From Neoconidiobolus thromboides FSU 785 (Eukaryota; Fungi; Entomophthoromycota): DNA of 64,000 nt. Made by a program: the position numbers and the translations under genes. Position 1 is the first letter of the stretch; each line of letters begins with the position of its first letter. Positions 56,355-64,000 of the stretch are shown here, piece by piece. A model generated the notes under the pieces. The model was not told the origin of the DNA. It ran no database searches and saw only the letters and a list, made by a program, of their open reading frames with translations. The DNA is taken from NCBI GenBank assembly GCA_025603075.1, contig MU626268.1:124001-188000 (forward strand), given 5' to 3'.

Positions 56355-56465
56355 GTAAGGCTTGGGTCCTATTATATACCATGTCACATCCATTAAAGAA
56401 TCAATATTGATTTCAACCAAGAAAATAAATTATGTTGGCAATAAATTAACTTTCTTTTTTATTAG
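56355..56465 (+). other. probable 5'-UTR intron of RPP0
   Basis: aag|GTAAGG donor, ATTAAC branch-like motif, pyrimidine tract tttcttttttattAG. Confidence 0.55.
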
Positions 56466-56523
56466 CTTGTCTTTAAATTCGGGAGGACCCCTTGAACACA
56501 AGTATTATAAATAATTAACCAAG

Positions 56524-57611
56524 ATGTCAAAGGGAGACAAAAAGAATGCCTATTTCGCTAAGCTTCGTCAGCTTTTTGATGAATACACTTCCGTATTCGT
56601 TGTCAACGTTGATAATGTAACTTCTAACCAAATGCATCAAACTCGTGCTTCTTTACGTAAAGATGCCGTTATTCTTATGGGTAAAAACACTATGATCCGT
56701 CGTGCCATGAAGAATTTCTTACCAGAACTTCCACAACTCGAAAAATTACTTCCATTCGTTAGAGGTAATATTGGTTTCGTATTCACTAACTCCGACCTTA
56801 AATCTGTTCGTGATGTTATCCTTGCCAATAAGATTGCTGCTCCAGCTAAAGCTGGAACTATTGCTCCAGTTGATGTCTTTATCCCAGCTGGTAACACTGG
56901 TATGGAACCTGGTAAGACCTCTTTCTTCCAAGCTTTAGGTGTCCCAACCAAGATTACCAAGGGTACCATTGAAATTATCAATGAAGTCCACATTGTCAAG
57001 AAGGATACCAAAGTTGGTCCATCTGAAGCCATTCTTCTTAACATGATGAAGATCTCTCCATTCACTTACGGTCTTACCGTTATTCAAGTTTACTCTGATG
57101 GTAACAACTTCCCATCTTCCGTTCTTGATATTGATGATGAAACCCTTCTTAAGGCTTTCTTCTCTGGTGTATCTTCAGTTGCCGCTATTTCTCTTGCTAT
57201 TGAATTCCCAACTGTTGCTTCAGTACCTCACTCTCTTGTCAATGTATACAAGAATGTTCTTGCTGTTTCCGTTGAAACTGAGTACACTTTCCCAGGTTCT
57301 GAAAAGGTAATTTATTTTTTTCTATTTTATTTGATATTTCAAATGATGAACTATAATTCTTTGAACTTTGTTTTGATATTTAAAAACACACACTCTAATT
57401 TTTTCCTGATCATATTGTTGTTTTTTAAATAATGTGAGAATTTGTTTATTTACTTTTTTATTTTTAGATCAAGGCTTACTTAGCTGATCCATCTGCTTTC
57501 GCTGCTGCCGCTCCAGCTGCTACTGAAACCGCTGCCGCTGCCGCTGCTCCAGCTGCCGTTGAAGAAGAAGAAGATTCAGATGAAGATGCTGACTTCGATC
57601 TTTTCGATTAA
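56524..57611 (+). CDS. RPP0: 60S acidic ribosomal protein P0 (uL10); exons 56524-57306 and 57468-57611
   Basis: VDNVTSNQM...LMGKNTM.RRA...GNIGFVFT...APAKAG.IAP...[26 protein letters not shown]; Ala-rich hinge; acidic end [10 protein letters not shown]. Confidence 0.98.
57338..57414 (+). ncRNA. intronic box C/D snoRNA, predicted guide for SSU rRNA 2'-O-methylation
   Basis: Box C ATGATGA 57343-57349; box D CTGA 57406-57409; the 16 nt before box D (ACACTCTAATTTTTTC) are the reverse complement of conserved 18S GAAAAAATTAGAGTGT; host intron 161 nt versus ~50 nt typical here. Confidence 0.85.
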
Positions 57612-58102
57612 GCACTTGATTAAAAATATTTAATCTTTTAATAGCATTTTCATTTATGAATTGTTAAACAATTTATTTTTCAAAACTTTTAATTTTCAGA
57701 TCCTTTGTAATATTGCTATAAGTTCATTTACAATAAATATGGTAGATGATTGATTTATTAAGAACCTTCTATCATTTAAGATATACATTGAGTTAAAATG
57801 GCTTGATTACTCTAATATTTGGCATAAAAATTTAAAGTTTAATCTATGAGAGATTAATTTCTAATATATAAAAGCCATAGCTAAAACTATTGTTAATGTA
57901 AAGCAATGAATGTCTTATCTATAAGTTGAATACTAATTCTACAATTATAATATCAAATTCTCTAATGTAATATAGCTATTTTTAGATTGAAATTTTAATT
58001 TAATTTACAACTATTTTTAAATTAAATATTTGTCAATTTAAAACTCCAACTGTGACTATTATCTTCTCTTAATAAATCTGCCACTTAGAAATTTCTTTTA
58101 AG

Positions 58103-58244
58103 CCAATCTTATACTTCCACTAGATTTTGAATTCAGCAAACCAATCAAGGAAGATTATCTATTGAGTGGAAATTAATGATTTGATACAAAAGTTTGGAAA
58201 GTAGTAGGAGAATTTTAACAGCAACCAATTGGGAGTATATAAAA
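58103..58244 (+). promoter_or_regulatory. bZIP promoter: ERSE-like CCAAT-N9-CCAC element, further CCAAT boxes and a TATA box
   Basis: CCAAT-cttatactt-CCACT 58103-58121; inverted degenerate copy AGTGG-N9-ATTTG 58165-58183; CCAAT at 58141 and 58225; TATATAAAA 58236-58244. Confidence 0.5.
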
Positions 58245-58382
58245 CTTAATATTCACATCAAAATTCAAATTAAAAAAAATCTTAAAAATTGCTTTTTTAG
58301 CAATTTAAATTTAAATTCTATTTAACAAACAGCAACACTTATTTTATCTCTATTACTTATTTAATCAGGTCAAGGAAACGCC

Positions 58383-59420
58383 ATGTTCACTTCAGACTAT
58401 TCACAACCTATCACAAGCAATTGGTCTTTAGAGGACATGGTAGCCCTAGGACAAAACTATGACACCGATAATTATGCACAATACAACAACAATTTATTCA
58501 TTAACCCCAGCCCACAATTACCCTTGTCAGATCACTCCAATCCTATTGTAACCTCAGCCCCTTATTCTTTTGACCCAGTTTCAACAGAACTTATGAATAT
58601 GTCCCAACCAGACTATAACTCTAATCTTTCTGCTTTATTACCAAGCACCGCCTTTGACCATGGCACTCCTAATGCTATGACTGAGTCCATTGCTTTAGGT
58701 AGTGAATCTAGAGACTATTCTACTAGTCCTAGTGAGCTTCCAGAACCCATCAAATTGAAGCCAGGACGTAAACGTAAAGATGAAAAAGTTGATCGAGAAG
58801 CTTTAAAGCGTGATCGTATGATTCGTAACCGTTTAGCCGCCCAAAGATCTAGAGAGCGTAAACGTAAAGAAGTGATTTCAGTTGAAAAAGAGAATTTACA
58901 GTTAAAGGATCGCAATAAGGAGTTAGAGACCAGAGTAAGTACGTTAGAAGCATCCAATCTTGCCTTAATGGAAAGGTTGGATGCCCTTTCGCGTCAGATG
59001 CAAGCTATGCAAGGCCAAATGCAAATGAACAATTTAGGCTCGGTACTTTTCAATCGTTTCGGCGAGACAGCAGCGCTCGTTGATAGGGGCTTTTTACCCC
59101 GTTCCCAGCAGCGGAAGCGATTGAACCAGTATCTAGTACTTCATTATCAAATACTATTAGCCATGCAAACAATGCTTCGGACTTACTTCCTGGTTTGGTG
59201 GACAACCCGTTTATGGGTCATCTCTTCGATCTCCAATGGCCCTCCATTAACGGAGGATATTCTGTGCTTGATAACTAGTGAAGGCAATGAATTTAATTTT
59301 CATACCGTTTCTAAATATCTAGCTAAGTTGGAACCTACTGAGATTGAAGTAGAATTTAAAGACTTTGACCTTGAAGCTAGGGCCAGCTTAAATTTTCCTC
59401 AAAAATGGCTCCCGCCATAA
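58383..59420 (+). CDS. HAC1: HAC1/XBP1-like bZIP UPR transcription factor (unspliced 345 aa; predicted IRE1-spliced form 285 aa, stop at 59276-59278)
   Basis: PGRKRK...RMIRNRLAAQRSRERKRKE followed by a leucine zipper; twin IRE1-type stem-loops downstream of the bZIP. Confidence 0.88.
   Translation: MFTSDYSQPITSNWSLEDMVALGQNYDTDNYAQYNNNLFINPSPQLPLSDHSNPIVTSAPYSFDPVSTELMNMSQPDYNSNLSALLPSTAFDHGTPNAMTESIALGSESRDYSTSPSELPEPIKLKPGRKRKDEKVDREALKRDRMIRNRLAAQRSRERKRKEVISVEKENLQLKDRNKELETRVSTLEASNLALMERLDALSRQMQAMQGQMQMNNLGSVLFNRFGETAALVDRGFLPRSQQRKRLNQYLVLHYQILLAMQTMLRTYFLVWWTTRLWVISSISNGPPLTEDILCLITSEGNEFNFHTVSKYLAKLEPTEIEVEFKDFDLEARASLNFPQKWLPP
59071..59108 (+). other. 38-nt IRE1-type unconventional intron
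   Basis: Two CAG|CAGC 7-nt loops (59068-59074, 59106-59112) on stems; removal shifts the frame; 12-bp exon-exon zipper. Confidence 0.85.
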
Positions 59421-59675
59421 CTTTGCTTAAATCTTCTCTTAAAAGTACTCAATTAATTGTAGTGCTCTATATTGTTGTATTAACTGTTATCTTTGTTAAT
59501 CCTATGGCTACCATATTAAACTTAATAAAGAAATGCTTCTTAAATATAACATTTTTGATTTTATACTAGTAAAATTTATAAATAATATTGGTTATTATTT
59601 ATTATTAAAAGAATAGGGGCTTTATTAGATAAAATAAGTTAGTGTTAAAAAGAGTGAAATAAAATTTAAATAAGA

Positions 59676-60263
59676 TTAAGACCAACCACAATAATCAGTT
59701 AACTTTTGAATGAGAGTTTGAGGATCAAACACATTATTATAGTACAAGGTAGGTAATCTACTTGTATCTGACCTGAACTCATCAAACATTTTTCGATTAC
59801 ATGAAGTGCAAATACTTTTTCCAGCTCTTATACCAATATTATTAATATTAACTTCCAACTGCGTTGATATCCTTCTAAAATCATTAAGACACAAAGTTTT
59901 TCCATCATCTCCTAAACCACATACAACGCTTGCTGCTTTAGTATCTGCCCACTTTGAATACGCTTCATAATTGTGCGTTAAAATAGAAGCTCCTTGACCA
60001 ATTCCAAGTTTGCAATGTTGATTAATATAGCTTGATGCATTAATTGTGGCTTCAAGACAAGTACTACTACAGACTGTGGTTAAACTGGTTAGGTAGAGAG
60101 TAGACTCGCCGTAACAATAGTCTAGGATCGGGTATTGTTTTTGAACTTCATCTTTGAGGTTAGAACGATCACACTGACTGTTTTCTATACCTCTTAAATC
60201 GCTACCAAATTGAGAGCTTTCAAGGAAGGTGATGAAGATGAATAACAAATAGATAAATAACAT
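59676..60263 (-). CDS. small secreted cysteine-rich protein (195 aa, 10 Cys)
   Basis: Hydrophobic signal peptide MLFIYLLFIFITFLES; intronless; spaced cysteines. Confidence 0.8.
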   Translation of the reverse strand: MLFIYLLFIFITFLESSQFGSDLRGIENSQCDRSNLKDEVQKQYPILDYCYGESTLYLTSLTTVCSSTCLEATINASSYINQHCKLGIGQGASILTHNYEAYSKWADTKAASVVCGLGDDGKTLCLNDFRRISTQLEVNINNIGIRAGKSICTSCNRKMFDEFRSDTSRLPTLYYNNVFDPQTLIQKLTDYCGWS

Positions 60264-60619
60264 GCTGATACTTGGTTTTAATGACTAAAGTATAAAGTAT
60301 AAGAACTAAGTTTGAAATAATTTAGTTAAATAATTTTCATTTATACACTTACAATTTAAGGTTCAGTTTACTTATAATTGGTATAGTTTATTTTAACGAC
60401 TAAATATGGGTTAGTTCAAACTTAGTTGTTAAACGTTGGGTTTAATAAACTACTACCAATGATATTCAAACTAGACTTAATGAATGTCATAATTCAATCT
60501 CATTATTATAAAATTAATAAGAGTATAGTTTTCGAACCAAAAAAATAAAACTATAAAACTGGATGTTAAAATTATTAAATATTTTAATTATATTTAATAA
60601 ATAAATAAGTTTGTAACCT

Positions 60620-61400
60620 TTACAAACTCTTCCTAAACGTCATTTCTACTAGGGAGGATTCTGATCAATAAAGAAGTAGCAACAAAGCTACTTTGACTAA
60701 AAGCACCAGTTAGGATAGCCATATAAAGATTGATTTTTTTAAAGTCTTGGGACAACGTTAACAGTTCGAAAAATTCATCATACATAGCTGAAATAGAACA
60801 AAAATTAATTCTACAAAAATGTATTTCCCTTTATTTCTCAATTCGTCAATACTATTTTCAAATCATATCAAAACTATAAAAGTTTTAATACTTTATACTT
60901 TAGAAACTGTTCTCAAGAGATCACTTATAACATATAAAAATGATATATCTTTAACACGTCTAACACCTTTGTAAAATCGTAATTATCCTTTTGGCCTAGA
61001 TAAAGTAAATTTATATTTACATCTTTAATTAATTTCATATACTCTGTATTTACATCATTGAATATGTATCTATTATACAAAACAAATACTCTTAAATTAA
61101 TTTATATTGCCAAAACATTTGAGAACACCAAAATCAAAACTTCCACATATTTTAAACAATCTCGATTTAAAGTTTGAAATAAAATTATTTACCTTAAATA
61201 GAATAAATTTCTCTATATCTAATGATAATTTTTTAAACCAAGATTCTTAGTAATATTTAAAACAGTGGAATCAATACTCTCAGATGAAGTTAATTTAAGA
61301 ATTTCTAAATTATTTAAATTTAAAAAAGGTAAAAGATTTTCAATAATCATATTTTTTATATTTAGCTCGAATGTTTAATTTTATTTAAATAGAAATTATG
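60620..61400 (-). pseudogene. possible decayed LRR-like gene
   Basis: Fragment IIENLLPFLNLNNLEILKLTSSESIDSTVLNITKNLGLK followed by stops; weak resemblance only. Confidence 0.3.
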
Positions 61401-61545
61401 TTTTAAAGATATGATATTTAGACATAACTCAAAAAATTTCAACTCATTAAGTTCAATTAATTCCAAAATATGACGTGTAGTCATACTTTTCATTCCCTAT
61501 CTTATTTATTCTTTAATGTATTTAGTTTGATAAATCATATTTAGT

Positions 61546-61652
61546 AAATGGGAGTGTCTTTTTTGACTTCATTATTTTTTCCATTTTTTAAGTGCTATTC
61601 AAGTGGAAATTTTGTTAGTAAGATTCTTAAATACAAAAATACATCCCTAAAT
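61546..61652 (+). mobile_element. MITE family A copy
   Basis: AAAT-GGGAGTGT...ACATCCCT-AAAT; direct AAAT TSD. Confidence 0.9.
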
Positions 61653-62171
61653 CATAAATTGAATAGGAAGTAAAACTTAACAGCATCTAGTACAACACCA
61701 AATAAATGCCTACTTAAAAAAAATACCCCAAACAATTCTTTGGGTTGTATCAACTTAAAATTTTGAATAACGAATCCGTTGTTAAAATTTTAGTAATTAT
61801 TTTTAGTTACTTTGTTCTTATTACATTTATTCTTATTTAATGATTTGGCTATTGACTTTTATTTATTTCTAAATAAAATTTTAAATTTTGACTTATTATT
61901 AACAGTTTACCCTCATATCTAATTAAATCTAGGATTTTACTTCTCTTTATATTAATAACATTATTTGTAGTCATATCTTCATCTTCAATCAAATGTACAT
62001 CTTGTTATTTAATTATACTATTATTTTTAACTAATTCAACACTATTGGTAGCTAAACTCTTATTTTTGTCATTCCTAGCTAATTCGTCATCTTTAATTAT
62101 TTTTTTATTTTAACTAATTTAACGTTATCTGTAGTTGATTTTAGACTTTATAAAATATAAAGCTATTATCT

Positions 62172-62270
62172 TGTGGGGGATGTTTTTTGAAAAATTTACT
62201 AACAATTTTTCCGCTTAAATAGCACTTAAAAAATGAAAAGAGCGATAAAACCAAAAAAACATCCCTTTAT
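62172..62270 (-). mobile_element. MITE family A copy with small internal deletion
   Basis: GGGGATGT...AATTTACTAACAATTTTTCCGCTTAAATAGCACTT...ACATCCCT. Confidence 0.85.
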
Positions 62271-63087
62271 TTTTTAATTAATAGCTTATTTTACTTTTTT
62301 TTAGTTGTTTGATATTTTCTTTTTGGCTGTTTACATTTACAGACCATGTTGTTTAAATTGATAAAAAGCGTTGTAACTAAACTTTGTAGCTCACTAATAC
62401 TAAATAATGTGTTATTTGAAAAATGATACAGCTTCTTTTTAGTTAGCCAATGAAATGGTATCTTCTTTTATCAACTAAAATAGTCTAAATGCCAAATCAT
62501 TTATTAATGTTCATAAGTTAAATGAAGTTATATTTGCTACTTAATCAATAAGCTAAATTTTCAATTGAATGTTGTATTAAGTCTATATGAATAATTGAAG
62601 AAAGGTGTAATTTTGTTAGTCATAAATACCAAGCTTACAAGACTTGGGTAGTTTGAATTTTTTAAATATATTAAATATCATTTTTTAATTTAAATTATCA
62701 AGTATTCTGAGGATATACCTTAATGTGAGGTGACAAATACGACCTATGATGAGAGACCCTTAATTATTCCCATGATTTGATAGATACTTTGTATTTGTTA
62801 GTTATATGAATTGTGAGTATCAACTTGTAATATTACATCCTTAGTTGTACAACTATAACCTGTTTGGGTATTTTAGATTAAAAATAATTTTGTTTTATAA
62901 ACAAAAATACTAATAATTTTAATTATGTTACTAATATACATTTTAAATTGTTTTAATAAATTTATATATCAATAGTTAAGCAGTACCCTGTATTTTAAAA
63001 ATCAGACTCCTTATATTTATTAAATATAAAATGAGTTGAGCTTAGTATATTCAAATAACTATCAAAGCAGGCGCTTTAGTAACTAAG

Positions 63088-63204
63088 AGATGGGGGTGTA
63101 TTTTTTCGTTTAAAAATTTTACTAACAATCTTTCCACTTTTAGGCGCTATTTGAGTGGAAAGATTGTTAGTAAAATTTTTAAGCAAAAAAGTACATCCCC
63201 ATAT
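63088..63204. mobile_element. symmetrised MITE family A variant (both arms derived from the long arm)
   Basis: agatGGGGGTGTA...AAAAATTTTACTAACAATCTTTCCACT-loop-AGTGGAAAGATTGTTAGTAAAATTTTT...TACATCCCCatat. Confidence 0.88.
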
Positions 63205-64000
63205 TAAAGTCAATAACCCATAAAAGTTAATTTGTATAAATTAACAAAAATCTTTTAAAAAAAAGTTAAATTTATGAATTCTATATCAATTAAACAAGAA
63301 CAATGATAAATTCAGTAACTTGGCTATGACTATATGGTACAGTCACTTAGTTTAAATCGTCTAACCTAAGAGCCTATCTTTAAGTTGAAGGATTATATGC
63401 CATTAGTTTCTATCGCTTTTAAGATTCAACAATCAGAATAAACGGACATTGATCATAGTTTCAAAGCGTGAAATCTGGTACTTAGTGATTGGAGTCAAGA
63501 ACAGCTATTGCTAGGTTGACTACACTATAAGTCGAAAGGTCTTAGTTTATGTGACTAAGATAGACTTGAGTTATGAAGAATAGCATGTAATAGGCTACGT
63601 ACTATGTAAGACAAATAGAATAGACAATACTAATGTAAAACCTACGTAAAATATTATTAAGAAAACTTGGTGGCTTTATTAAATGTTCGAGATATCAGGG
63701 AATAATTCAGTTAAAAAGCCTCGAACTACTATACTCTAAAATCTCTTTTATACTCTGAAAAATATAAATATCAAAATGAGAGGACAACATTCTTTAGGAT
63801 GAAGCTAGAAATTCTTATAGCAAATCAAACTAAGAACGTGGGATTGATTTTCTCTAAATTCGAGAACACAACAGCTTAGACGATTATTATGCTATAATTA
63901 ACCATGGGGCTGACAAAGCGATATTTCACAAAAGTGCTACTATAAACTATTATTAAACTAGTGAGGCAGAGGATGAATCCTGCATAATAGTGTTTAGGAT

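Noticed and set aside
56360-56450. CTTGG...CCAAG hairpin followed by AAAATA in the RPP0 5'-UTR intron as an H/ACA snoRNA
   Set aside because: No convincing second hairpin, ACA box or pseudouridylation pocket

Overview
AT-rich, intron-containing eukaryotic DNA. Short (~45-70 nt) GT-AG introns and gene content point to an early-diverging fungus, probably Zoopagomycota/Conidiobolus-like (inference). About 22 protein-coding genes are supported: an unknown ORF, a GNAT acetyltransferase, RAD54, an SH3-SH3-DH-PH RhoGEF, DUF2045, a Dap1-like heme protein, ATP16, a RECQ1-like helicase, a peroxisomal ABCD transporter, a chorismate-lyase-fold protein, a YANK/STK32 kinase, two MPO1/DUF962 paralogs, MscL, mitochondrial AAT, class II DAHP synthase, a secreted GDPD, SWD1/RBBP5 with a long tail, a PUDP-like HAD hydrolase, RPP0, a HAC1/XBP1-like bZIP and a Cys-rich secreted protein. 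There are also several decayed genes. The non-coding signals stand out most. (1) The bZIP gene carries twin CAG|CAGC stem-loops that define a 38-nt IRE1-type non-spliceosomal intron, a metazoan XBP1u-like hydrophobic tail in the unspliced frame, and an ERSE-like CCAAT-N9-CCAC promoter element. (2) The long RPP0 intron holds a box C/D snoRNA with a 16-nt guide to a conserved 18S rRNA segment. (3) At least 18 copies of a ~105-bp hairpin MITE with GRGG...CCYC ends and 4-bp AWWT target duplications lie in intergenic DNA or gene relics, including a TSD-sharing dimer and a fully symmetrised variant. No tRNA, rRNA or CRISPR array was seen. Exon boundaries were read by eye and no database search was run.
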